This document shows, piece by piece, positions 1 through 11,253 of a DNA stretch of 64,000 nt (positions within the stretch are counted from its first letter, which is position 1; every line of letters begins with the position of its first letter). The notes under the pieces are model-generated. The model ran no database searches. It saw nothing but the letters and a program-made list of their open reading frames with translations, and was not told where the DNA came from. Made by a program: the position numbers and the translations under genes. This DNA is from the human T2T-CHM13v2.0 reference genome, Homo sapiens, in the NCBI RefSeq assembly GCF_009914755.1, contig NC_060936.1; one strand, 5' to 3'.

Positions 1-145
1 TCCCTCTCCCTTCTATTCTCCTCCTTATTTTTCCACTACCTCTTTTTCTTCTCCTCACCTCTCCCCCTCCTTCTTCTTCATGTTCTTGTTTTTCTTCTTC
101 TTCCTCCTTCTCTTCCTCTTCTTCTTTTTCCCCTTCCTCTTCTTC
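1..145. repeat. Pyrimidine-rich low-complexity tract (CTT/CCT)
   Basis: Almost pure C/T sequence with imperfect CTT units. Confidence 0.85.
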
Positions 146-1984
146 AAATTTGATTTAAAGGTAGAATTGATTCCTTTCAACTGAAATACATGGCTTATTT
201 ACAGCTATTAATGATATAATAAACCCAGAAAATAATTAATGATTGCTTGCAAATTGAATTGGATTATACTAAACTGTTGGTTCCTCTGCAATACAGTAGC
301 TTTACTTGGTCTTTATGAGCAAACTGTCATATGCTAGGCTTTCTTCACAGTTTGAAGATCTCTTTTGGTATAATTTAAATTCAGTTTATGAACTCTGGGC
401 ACCACCTCCTACAAAGCAAAGGAGAATGTATCCTTGGTTGTTTTTAACTTAAGGCAAGTTCATATGGGAATTACAGAGATGAAATATGACTACCAAAGTC
501 CTCTCAGTGACAGGGGACATGAAAGCAGCAGTTAACCATACAGGAGAGGCTTGGCAGAAGTTAGGGGAGGAGTTTTCACATTTCCTTATATTAAATTTTG
601 TGCCAGAACCAACCATTTAGGTGACCTAGAAGTGTGCAACTAAAAATTGATACTTGTTTTTTTGTCATAAAACAATATACCCCACTGCAACAAATTCAAA
701 CAATATACTCTATTATTATTTCTTTATTTATTTCTTCTGCTGACATAAATTGTTTGGGGGCAAGCTGAGAGAGTTTTCTTCAACAGAATTTTAGTCAAAA
801 CTACATTACACCTGCTACCAAGCAAAGCACTCTCAGGCTGCAGTTTCCCTAGCTGTCATGGATAGAAACAAGGTTATCACAGTGGAAACTATGCCCTTAT
901 TCAAGAGTAATTCACTTTATAGCAGCCAAGTCTCTAACTGCAGTCCAAGGATAAAGAAATCAAGAGCAGTGATCAGATGACATCCAAGGCTTGAAGCAGC
1001 TTAAAGATCTTCCAGCAAAGTCAGACTTTCTTGGGTGACTTCTCTCAAAGTCTTGGGGATTAGCTTCCAATGTGTTTCTATGAAAGGGAAATGTTGAGAA
1101 ATAAAATAAAGTGGTGAAAGGTTAGGATTAAAGAGGATTTTGTTCAATGTTGAGCCCCGTGAAAATATCACATGTTCAGATGAATTTGAAAAAGTCCAGT
1201 AGACTCTTAGATAAAAAAGAAGTATGTGTAGATAGAGGTGGCTGGTCAAATGGAAGCATTAATACTGCTGAGATAGATGGTGACTGATTAAATGGAAGCA
1301 GCCACACATCCATTCATTTCTCTGAAAATTAGCAGCTGTTGGCTGATAGACACCTTTCCTTCACATGCTCTTGCTGAAGTGATAAGAAGTGAAAAGAGCT
1401 TGAGGCAGGACTATTTTGAGTTCCAGGCGATCTGTGTTGCTATGAGATCTGAGATTAGTGGTTAGGTTGGTGCCGGATGTCATCCAGCAGCTGATCATGA
1501 AACCTCTAAAAGTTAAGTTCATTTCTCAGAAATCATCTGAGCATGTGGGCTGTTCAAGAAGGTGATTGAATTGCTGTTTCTTGGGATTTCCCCACCCTCA
1601 GTCCAAGTGAACTAAAGGGATTAATGGCCTTGATCCTGTAAGCATTTTTTTTACGCACCATGTTAAAATGTAACATGTTCTGTCCTTTTGTTCGAGGAGC
1701 CACTAATTCAATTGTTGCCCAAAACTTTATGCTGATTACTTTGTAATTATACCAAAATACCATTTTAGCTTCTTATTAACCACTGAGTTAAAAGACATTT
1801 ATAGAAGCATGAGATGTCAAAGTCAGGTGAATTAGTGAAAAGTAGGCACAAAAAGTTATGGGATTCATGTAGCCTGAAATTTACATCTGTGTAAACCTTT
1901 GGCAGTTTGGCAGCTAAGTCTGCAGCCTCTGAGGGTGGTAAATGGCAGGAACTATGCCCATGTGTGAATGGTAATTTGCATTCT

Positions 1985-2130
1985 ATAGTTAGGAGTGCCT
2001 ATTTAACTGCCCCTGGCACTATGTAATTTTCTGTGCCTCAGCTTACTCTTCAGTAACATGTGGTAGTTAGTAATATAGTACCTATGCCACAGCATGTTCC
2101 TCACATGTAGTATGTGCTCAATTAATATTA
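1985..2130 (+). mobile_element. MIR SINE fragment
   Basis: Degenerate MIR core: ctgtgcctcagcttactcttcagtaacatg...atagtacct. Confidence 0.6.
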
Positions 2131-3156
2131 ACTATTAGTATTGCTACTATCGTTGTTGCTATTACTACAGAAAAGGCCCATGCATCCATCTCAAATGACT
2201 CATACCAAAGACTGACTTTAGTAAAGAAGACCAGGAAGGTTAAGGATTAGCCTTCAGAGTCAGGCTTTCATAGTCACAAAGATAGTGATTGGGGGAGTAG
2301 TGATAATGGAGGAGCTATTAAGAAGGAACACCATTCTTGATCTGAAGAGACAGTACTTAGAACAAGTATTTCAAAAAAAGAATGCTACCGTTTCCTAGGT
2401 TGGTACACTGAGGCTTCTGGGGCTGGAATCTGCTTATTTATGAGATAGATTATGAGAATCATAGGTTTGTAAGGAGCCTTCAGGGTCACCTAGTTCAGCC
2501 ACTGCTAGGTGAGTTTTCTTCAATAAGAATTTTAAACCTGCCTAAAGTGTTATCTGTGGTATCCACCCGCTTCTTCTGCCTTATCTTTGGTCTCCTTTCT
2601 TGTCCTTCTCAACCCCACACAATGTGTCAGCACACACAGTGAAACTCCCTGTCCAAAAGGAGAAAAGGCTAAAGGAATTCACATTGAAACAGTTGTGCTA
2701 GTCTTCATCCCAAGAATGTGTGCTGGTGTATGTGTGTGTGTGTGTTTTTAATAACTTTTCAAAAATAGAAAAAAATTTCCTAAATATCAGCTTAGTAATT
2801 TTCCCTGACACTAGTCATTTATAATGCCAGGGAAAAGACATTTACACTAACAAATGAGTCTTGATCACTCTCCTTGTGTTCTAGGAAACTGTATTAGCCA
2901 CGGTTAAGTAGTAGGAGGGCTTTGAGAATGCAGTAACTTCCATTTAGATTGAAAATACAAGATCAAATAGAATATACTAAAAGTGTATAGGCATAAGTAT
3001 AACAACCTTCTCTTGGGAATATAAAACCTTATAGCAATGCAAGAAATTTGGCTTAACAATTACATTTATATAAAATTTTAAAACTTTTTGTAGAAAGTAA
3101 GATTGATATATAGTAACTGGGTGAAGTGGTGAGTGAAAAAGCTAATGTGATCCTAG

Positions 3157-4565
3157 TGTGTCCGGAATGGGTGGGTTCTTGGTCTCACTGACTTCAAGAA
3201 TGAAGCTGCGGACCCTCACGGTGAGTGTTACAGTTCTTAAAGGCAGCGTGTCCGGAGTTTGTTCCTTCTGGTGTTCCGATGTGTTCGGAGTATCTTCCTT
3301 CTGGTGGGTTCGTGGTCTCGCCAGCTCAGGAGTGAAGCTGGGGACCTTCGCGGTGAGTGTTACAGCTCTTAAGGCAGCGCGTCTGGAGTTGTTCGTTCCT
3401 CCCAGTGGGTTCGTGGTCTCGCTGGCTTCAAGAGTGAAGCTGCAGACCTTCGCGGTGAGTGTTACAGCTCATAAAGGCAGTGTGGACCCAAAGAGTGAGC
3501 AGCAGCAAGATTTATTGCAAAGAGCAAAAGAACAAAGCTTCCACAGTGTGGAAGGGGACCAGAGCGGGTTGCCACTGCTGGCTCCCGCAGCCTGCTTTTA
3601 TTCTCTTATCTGCCCCCACCCACATCCTGCTGATTGGTAGAGCCAAGTGGTCTGTTTTGACAGGGCGCGATTGGTACCTTTACAATCCCTGAGTTAGTCA
3701 CAAAGGTTCTCCACACCCCCACCAGATTAGCTAAATACAGAGTGTCCACGCAAAGGTTCTCCAAGGCCCCACCAGAGTAGCTAGATACAGAGTGTGGATT
3801 GGTGCATTCACAAACCCTGAGCTAGACACAGGGTACTGATTGGTGTGTTTACAAACCTTGAGCTAGATACAGAGTGCAGATTGGTGTATTTACAATCCCT
3901 GAGCTAGACATAAAGGTTCTCCACGTCCCCACCAGACTCAGGAGCCCAGCTGGCTTCACCCAGTGGATCCCGCACCGGGGCTGCAGGCGCCTTGCGCCCA
4001 CACTCCTCAGCCCTTGGGTGGTTGATGGGACTGGGCGCCGTGGAGCAGGGGGCGGTGCTCATCGGGGAGGCTCGGGCCGCAGAGGAGCCCATGGAGGGGG
4101 TGGGAGGCTCAGGCATGGCGGTCTGCAAGTCCCGAGCCCTGCCCCGAGGGAAGGCAGCTAAGGCCTGGTGAGAAATCGAGCGCAGCGCCAGTGGGCTGGC
4201 ACTGCTGGGGGACCCAATACACCCTCCGCAGCCACTGGCCCGGGTGCTAAGCCCCTCATTGCCCGGGGCCGGCAGGGCCGGCCGGCTGCTCCGAGTGCGG
4301 AGCCCGCCAATCCCACGCCCACCTGGAACTCCAGGTGGCCCGCAAGCGCTGCACGCAGCCCCGGTTCCCGCTCGCACCTCTCCCTCCACACCTCCCTGCA
4401 AGCTGAGGGAGCCGGCTGCGGCCTTGGCCAGCCCAGAAAGGGGCTCCCACAGTGCAGCGGTGGGTTGAAGGGCTCCTCAAGTGCCACCAAAGTGGGAGCC
4501 CAGGCAGAGGAGGCGCCGAGAGCGAGCGAGGGCTGTGAGGACTGCCAGCACGCTGTCACCTCTCA
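3157..4565 (-). mobile_element. ERV9 solo LTR (LTR12C-like), CpG-rich, promoter facing left
   Basis: Minus strand begins TGAGAGGTGACAGCGTG and ends CCGGACACA; tandem ATTGG/GATA-containing repeats at about 3630-3910; repeated GAGCTGTAACACTCACCGCGAAGG units; 4-bp flanks ctag/ttag. Confidence 0.95.
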
Positions 4566-4658
4566 TTAGGTTGCACAGACAGATGTGCAGCTGCTGAAAA
4601 TAAGGATGTTATAATTTTCCTGCCCTCTTCCCTGGTCAGAGCATATCAGAATCTTGTA

Positions 4659-4963
4659 GGCCGGGTGTGGTGGCTCACGTCTGTAATCCCAGCACTTTGG
4701 GAGGCCGAGGTGGGCAGATCACGAGGTCAGGAGATGGAGACCTTCCTGGCTAATGTGGTGAAACCCCATCTCTACTAAAAATACAAAAAATTAGCCAGGT
4801 GTGGTGGCAGGCACCTGTAGTCCCAGCTACTTGGGAGACAGGCAGGAGAATGGTGTGAACCCGGAAGGTGGAGCTTGCAGTGAGCCGAGAATGTGCCACT
4901 GCACTCCAGCCTGGGCGACAGGGCGAGACTCTGTCTCAAAAAAAAAAAAAAAAAAAAAAAAAA
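4659..4963 (+). mobile_element. AluY-like SINE
   Basis: GGCCGGG start, dimer, long A tail, TSD agaatcttgta; AluY-type ggagaatggtgtgaacccgg...ggagcttgcag. Confidence 0.93.
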
Positions 4964-5589
4964 GAATCTTGTAATCTGATAAGAACACCATATTCTTCAA
5001 AGGGCTATAGACACACTGAACCCCAGTCTGAGAATAGTGACCAGAATTGGAAAGGGACGCTAAATGAGTTCACTTGAGTAACAGCTGAAGATTCTGGAAG
5101 ATACTTAGAATAGGGTCAGAGATACCTTTAAATATCCAAGGACAAGGACAAGGATGTACCTGTATGAATACAAAGGTTAAAACAAGCACCAATATATGGT
5201 ACATTAAGCACTAATGTATATTGAGAATGTATTACATGTCAGGCACAAGCCATGCAATACATGCATTAATTTATGAGGAAACAGACTCTGAGAAATAATT
5301 GTCCCAAGTTGATGGAGTTTGGATACAAACTCAAGCAGTCTGGCTCTAGAGCCTATGTCTTAAGTATTAGCTTATCTTGACAATGCAGCAAAATATAGTT
5401 CAACTCAACAAAAGAAAAACTCCCTAACTGCCCAGGATGTTTAAAGGTGAAATACATTATCTTACTCAAAAAAAGTAATGAGTTCCCTGTCACTAGAAGA
5501 ATGTTAGGGGAGGTCATATAACCACTTGGAAGGCTAAAGCAGAGATAGCTAGTTTTCTCCACTATCTATGTTCTCCTCTTTTTCCTGGT

Positions 5590-5962
5590 TGTACACTTGG
5601 ACTGCATGTGCCAGTCTCCTTGCTGTTAGGTGTGGGCTGGTGGCTGAGTTCTGGCTGATGAAATGTAAGTGACAGTGGTACCTGCCAAATCCAGGCTGCC
5701 CTTTAACTGCCCCTTCCACCCTACCAACCCTTTGTGTGAGCCTCACCCCCTTGCCCCATCTGCTGGCTGAAAGGGGAATACCTTGGTTATCTAGAAGAAG
5801 GAAGAGCCACAAGATGGAAGGAACTTGGATCCCTGAATGGCATAGCCTCTTCCTGCTAATCTGCAATGAAATAAGACATAAGTGAAAAATAAGCTTCATT
5901 GAGGTGAAGCCAATAAAATTTTGAAGTTTTTGTTAAAGCAGTCACCCTGTTATGATGAATAC
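5590..5962 (+). mobile_element. Old MaLR LTR (MLT1I/J-like)
   Basis: gagttctggctgatgaaatgtaagtg...agccacaagatggaaggaacttggatccctgaatg...tgaagcca motifs typical of MLT1. Confidence 0.7.
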
Positions 5963-6717
5963 AGAGGGCAGAATTTAAGTACTTGATGAGAGATTAAACT
6001 CATTATTGTTTAATGTCTACTCATCTTGACATTCTTTGACTTTTGGATCAAGAAGCAAAGCAGATTTTGAGAATATCCTAATTAAAAAAAAACCTTATAA
6101 CCCCCAATATATTCCTGGACACACATAATAACCTGTTTGCTTTCACACTATAAAAATCAATGCACTGAAGGAACAGTTCCTCTTTCTCCTTAGAGACTAT
6201 TCTTCAATAAGTTCTCCTCTAATTGAATAGGAAACCCAGCTACAGTTAAATTAGGAGGAATGTGCATGGCTTACTCTGAGTCTGGCCCTAAAGACCTTTA
6301 GACAATGGCACTTGTCTAGTGAACTTACAACTGAGCTGGCAGGTCACAGCCTTGCTTAGCTGCTTGAGAAGTATTTGTAAACATGGGAGGTGTCAATGCA
6401 CCCCATCTCCCAGAGCATCATGGCAGCTCTGAGCTCTGCTACTTATCTACCCTTGTACTAGGTAGGGTTATTTGTCATAGGGAAGAAAATCTGATTCTAG
6501 TGAGCTAACATAATAATAATAACAAAAAAGTTGAGAGGTAACTCAAAGAAAGGTGAATTACCAGGCTTTCGAAAGGACAGGGACCAGAGCATGTGGATGT
6601 GATGTCTCCAAGATGCTACTGTTGGAATGGACCATCTTCAAAATGTCTTGGTCCCTGTATCAGGTAGCTAAATATTCCAATTCCTGGAAAAGAACGTCTG
6701 ACTGGCCAGCTCTTGAC

Positions 6718-7641
6718 TGAATTAGTATTCTGTTGCTGCTGTGACAAACTGTGACTAACTTAATGGCATAAAACCACCCAAATTTACTACTTCAAAGCTT
6801 CTGTGGGTTAAAAGGCTGAATGAACTCAACTGGGTCCTCTGTTAGGGGCTCATATGGCCAAAATCAAGTTGCCAGTAGGGCTGAGCTCTGTACTGGAGTC
6901 TCTGGAGAAGAATGTTCTTCCAGCATCATTCAGGTTGTTGGCCAAATCCAGTTTCTTGTGATTCTAGGACTGAAGTTCCCATTGCCTTGCTGGATGTCAG
7001 CCAAGGACCAGGTTTTGCTCCTAGAGACTGCCTACATCCTTCCTCATGCTTTACCTGTAATCCTCCCCAGCATTGGTGAACGAATCCCTCTTATACATTG
7101 GGTCTCTCTGACTTTTCCTTCTGCTGCATCACTGATTCCAGCAAGACAGTGTTCTCTACTTTTAAGGGCTCAAATCATTATGTTGCACCCACCAGGTTAT
7201 CCAGAATAATCTCCCTATCTTTGTTTTGTTTTTGTTTTTAAACAGTCTCACTCTGTAACCCAGGCTGGAGTACAGTGGTGCAATCTCAACTTAGTGCAAC
7301 CTCTGCCTCCCAGGTTCGAGCAATTCTCCTACCTCAGTCTCCCAAATAGCTGCAACTACAGGCATCTGCCACCAGGCCCAGCTAATTTATGTATTTTTAG
7401 TAGAGACGGGTTTTTACCATGTTGCCCAGGCCAGTCTCAAATGCCTGATCTCAAGTTGTCCACCTACCTCAGCTGTCCAAAGTGCTGGGATTACAGGTGT
7501 GAGCACCGCACCTGGCCTAGTCTCCCTGTCTTAAGGTTTGTAACTACATCTGCAAAGCCCTTTTTGCCATGCAATGTAACATATTCACAGGCTCCAGGTA
7601 TCAGGGCATGGACATCATTTGGAGGCTGTGCTGCCTACCAC
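6718..7641 (-). mobile_element. MaLR LTR (MLT1C/D-like) with a nested Alu
   Basis: attagtattctgttgctgctgtgacaaac...ggttgttggccaaatccagtttcttg...catattcacaggctccagg...ggacatcatttggagg. Confidence 0.8.
7220..7517 (-). mobile_element. Alu (AluS/J)
   Basis: Reverse-complement Alu dimer; flanks tctccctatctt / tctccctgtctt resemble a TSD. Confidence 0.92.
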
Positions 7642-8077
7642 ACTCACCCTTTCACTGATAAGCCCACCAAGCTGGCCTTCCATAAGCAGAAGTCAATCCT
7701 CTAAGGGAAATCAAGGTGCCACTCCTAAAAGAGGAGTGAATGGGGTGCTGAGAAGATGACAGCAATAGCTCTCTTTTACTTTACTTTCCAGTTAGAACTG
7801 ACATCCACAGCCAATCTCTGAAATAAGCAGATCCTTAACTTACAGGTATCTGAGCAGCTAGGCTCAAGACCAGACAATTAAGAAGTATGAAAAGATGAAA
7901 GACAATAAATGATGGGTTTGATCTTCCTATGTCACTCTGAGCAGTGAGTCGGGAAATTCCTTTCTTCAATAAATCATTAACCAACACCACATCAGCACCA
8001 TCACGTAAGGCACTTTGTTATGGGCTACAAAGTTCCAAAAAACTCCATGCTCTGTATTTGAAGAGTTCATAATATAG

Positions 8078-8610
8078 GTCAGTGGTCTGCAAACTTTGGA
8101 GGACACAAAAATTACCTGGGAATTTGCTAAAAATGAAGATTCCTAGGCCCACTGCTATGGTTTGAGTGTGGCGCCCCCTTCAAAATTCATGTTGAAGCCT
8201 AATCATCAAGGTAATGATATTAGAAAGTGGGGCTTCTGGGATGTGATTAGGTCATGAGGACTCCTCCCTCATGCACAGATTAAGGCCCTATCTAATGGGG
8301 TTGCGAGAGTGAGTTTGCTGTTTTCAGCTCTTTTTCCATGTGAGAACACAGTGTTCCTCCTCTCTGGAGGACACAGCATCAAAGTGCCATCTTGGAAGCA
8401 GAGATCAGCCTCCCCCAGATAATGATACCTGCTGGGGCCTTGATCTTCGACTTCCCAGACTCCAGAACTGTGAGGAATAAATTTCTGTTCCTTAGAAATT
8501 ACAGTCTCAAGTGGTCTGTTATAGCAGCACAAAACACACTAAGACATCCACTGCCAGAGACACTGTTTCAGATGATGTGGGTAAAGGCCCCACAAATCAA
8601 CATCTAATAT
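8078..8610 (+). mobile_element. MER5-like hAT element interrupted by a MaLR LTR (MLT1A/MST-like, about 8153-8546)
   Basis: cagtggtctgcaaactttgg...aattacctggg then tgctatggtttgagtgt...ccagaactgtgaggaataaatttctg...actaagaca. Confidence 0.75.
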
Positions 8611-8666
8611 AATGTCAGCTACATAACAGGTGCTCAGTAAACAGTTTTGATGAATGAATGATTATA

Positions 8667-8933
8667 ATTTTTTTAGAGATGGGGTCTTGCTCTGTTGCCC
8701 AAGGTGGAGTGCAGTGGTATGATCATAGCTCACTGCAGCCTTAAACTCCTGGGCTCATATTATTCTCCCACTTTAGCCTCTTGAGTAGCTGGGACTACAG
8801 GTGCATGTCAGCACACCCTGATTAAAAAAACAATGTTTTGTAGAGACAGGGTCTCACTTTGTTGCCTAGGCTGATCTCAACCTCCTGGCTCCAAAACTGT
8901 TGGGACTACAGGCATGAACCACCATGCCTGGCA
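8667..8933 (-). mobile_element. AluJ-like SINE
   Basis: gatcatagctcactgcagcc (AluJ-type), diverged dimer. Confidence 0.88.
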
Positions 8934-9639
8934 TGAATTTAACTAATGCATCCATTGATTCTAATGCAGAAATCCATTGATTCTAATGCACCATGAAGCA
9001 CCTGTGGAGGAAAGTTGACCATCTGGGCAAAAAATCAGGCAGTTAGTGGAGATCAATTGAATAGGGTGCTTTGGCTTTGTCATTCAAAACATTCAGGCAA
9101 AAAAAAATCAACACCCCTTATTTATGAAGTTGATTTCTGCTTCCTTTTAAAGAAACTGAATTTAGTCTAAAATAAAGTAAGAAAAAAATCTGGAAGCAGA
9201 GAGGAAATAAGAGACATATCCAGGAATTTTAAGCAGAATGAGGTCATAGGAAGTTGTTGTTTTCCTGCATCTTTTTATTTTTTTTTTTAAGCAGGAAAAT
9301 TCCACCCATGAAACAGATCAGTTGATCTTGCACCTGTGCTCCTGTGTCTGGCACTTATCTGGGTCAAGTTGGGAGAGCAGCCTCCGGTCCTGGAAATAAA
9401 CAACCAACCCTGTCACTGGGACATACAGCATGTACAGCCATTCTTATTGCCAGACGTCCTCACCCAGCATCCATCAGGGAGCAGGTTCCATGCCATTTAC
9501 GCAGCATACCAGATGGACAAAATCACACAGGGCCATCTGACCAAACTGCCTTTCCCTTCACACATCCATCTCCCAGGTCCAGATCCTTGAGGTACCTCCC
9601 TTGGTGTTCTTGTAAATGTATCCAATATGATTTGCTTTC

Positions 9640-9860
9640 AGAAGGGTTAAGAGAGCAGGCTTTGAATTCAGATGGCCTGGACTCTACTCTTATTGGAATG
9701 TTTCTAGGCATGTGCCTTAGGATAAATTACATAACCTGTCTGTGCCTCGGTTTACTCATCTGTAAATGGAAGATGCTAGCAACACCTACATCGTAGGGTT
9801 CCTGGGAGGATTACATGAGATAACGCATGTAGAGCACAGTGCCTGGTCCTCTTAAGTGCT
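9640..9860 (+). mobile_element. MIR SINE
   Basis: gtgcctcggtttactcatctgtaaatgg...gggttcctgggaggattacatgagataa. Confidence 0.85.
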
Positions 9861-10944
9861 ATAGAATAGGTGAATGGTGGTGAGATATCATCTCCCAGCG
9901 TTCTGGCCTTTTCTCTTGCACCATTCTAGGACAAGCCCTGACTTCAGAGTTGTACCGGGCAATTGCTATATAGCTAGAAATCCTGGTCTGGGGATGATTC
10001 TGTCCCACCACTGCCCACTGTGGGTACAGTGCTTTTAACCATGCACTCCCACAGGTGAGCACACATAGGCTACGAGTGGCCCTCAGCCTGCCTCATCATG
10101 GACCTGTGTTATAATAAATATGTTTAATTGTGCTGTTTTCTTATAGAGGAAAGTCCTGATGTTAGTTGCCTTGAAGTCAGACACCCAGAGAGAATCACAG
10201 GTTTTCAGATTAATTCATCGCTTGATTCTTATCCCTGAAGTCATATCTCTGGATCTCTGGTTCTCACATTATAAATTTCAATGATTCTTTTTCTATATGG
10301 CCATGTCATTCATATCCTGTGTAATATGGGGAAACTGAGGTATGAATGACATCATTCAAAAAGCACCTGCAATTTTTCTTTGCCAAGCACTTACAGCTTT
10401 TTCTCATGTTGCTTTCAAAAAGTCATTGAAATATTGTTCACATATTTTGCAGATGAGGAAATGAATATTCAAATGCATTAGGTATCTTGTCCAAGTTCTT
10501 ACAGCCAGAAAGTAGAGAAATGAATTTGAATTACAAATCTTCTACCTCTTGGCTTATGCTCTTTTCATGACACTGGGAATAAATGTCTGAACAAGCATGA
10601 CTTCATGTTTCAACTATTTATCAAATACTTGTTTTCTACTAAGATCTTGCACTCACTCAGTGGGATCCCCTGAAGCCTGCTGATTATTTGTCCTTTGGCA
10701 TTTATCACTTTCTGTGGGACCTTACTCTCCTATGGTAAAGTTTTATTGTTATTAAAAGTATTATTTGACAATAAATGTAGAAATCCTACAGATCATACTC
10801 AACAACATGTCTAATGTCAGCACACAATGTCTAACAATCATTTATGAATACTTTATGTCAAACATAAGCAATAACCTAATTAAGGAAGGTATTTTTAATA
10901 AATTGACACTTTTTGACATAACCATATTTCAAGTGGCTCCATTG

Positions 10945-10950
10945 TTTTGT

Positions 10951-10985
<35 letters not shown>

Positions 10986-11253
10986 TTTTTGAGAAAGGGT
11001 CTCACTCTGTTGCCCAGACTGGAGTGTAGTGGCAACATCATAGCTCACTACAGCCTCGACCTCTCTGGGCTCAAGCAATCCTCCCATCTCAGCTTCCCAA
11101 GTAGCTGGGACTACAGGTGTGTACCATCATGCCAGGCTAATTTTTCGTATTTTGTAGAGACGGGGTTTTGCCTGGTCGTCCGGGTTGGTCTCAAACTCCT
11201 GGGTGTTCCGCCCACCTTGGCCTCCCAAAGTGCTGGGATTATAGGCATGAGCC
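10945..11253 (-). mobile_element. AluJ-like SINE with (TTTA)n tail
   Basis: Reverse Alu; flanked by tcaagtggctcc / tcaagtggctac. Confidence 0.9.

Larger units (their letters stand above)
3100..5110 (+). mobile_element. Ancient L3/CR1 LINE fragment, interrupted by LTR12 and an AluY
   Basis: aaaagctaatgtgatcctag|...ccctggtcagagca...gacacactgaaccccagtctgagaatagtgaccagaattggaaaggg resembles CR1/L3 3' ORF2 sequence once the two insertions are removed (by-eye match). Confidence 0.55.

Noticed and set aside
3630-3910. Regularly spaced about 40-bp repeats resembling a CRISPR array
   Set aside because: Tandem LTR12 U3 enhancer repeats without unique spacers, in a eukaryotic context with no cas genes.
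3158-4569. Cluster of long overlapping ORFs (up to 165 aa) on both strands
   Set aside because: All lie within the GC-rich LTR12; stop-codon scarcity explains them.
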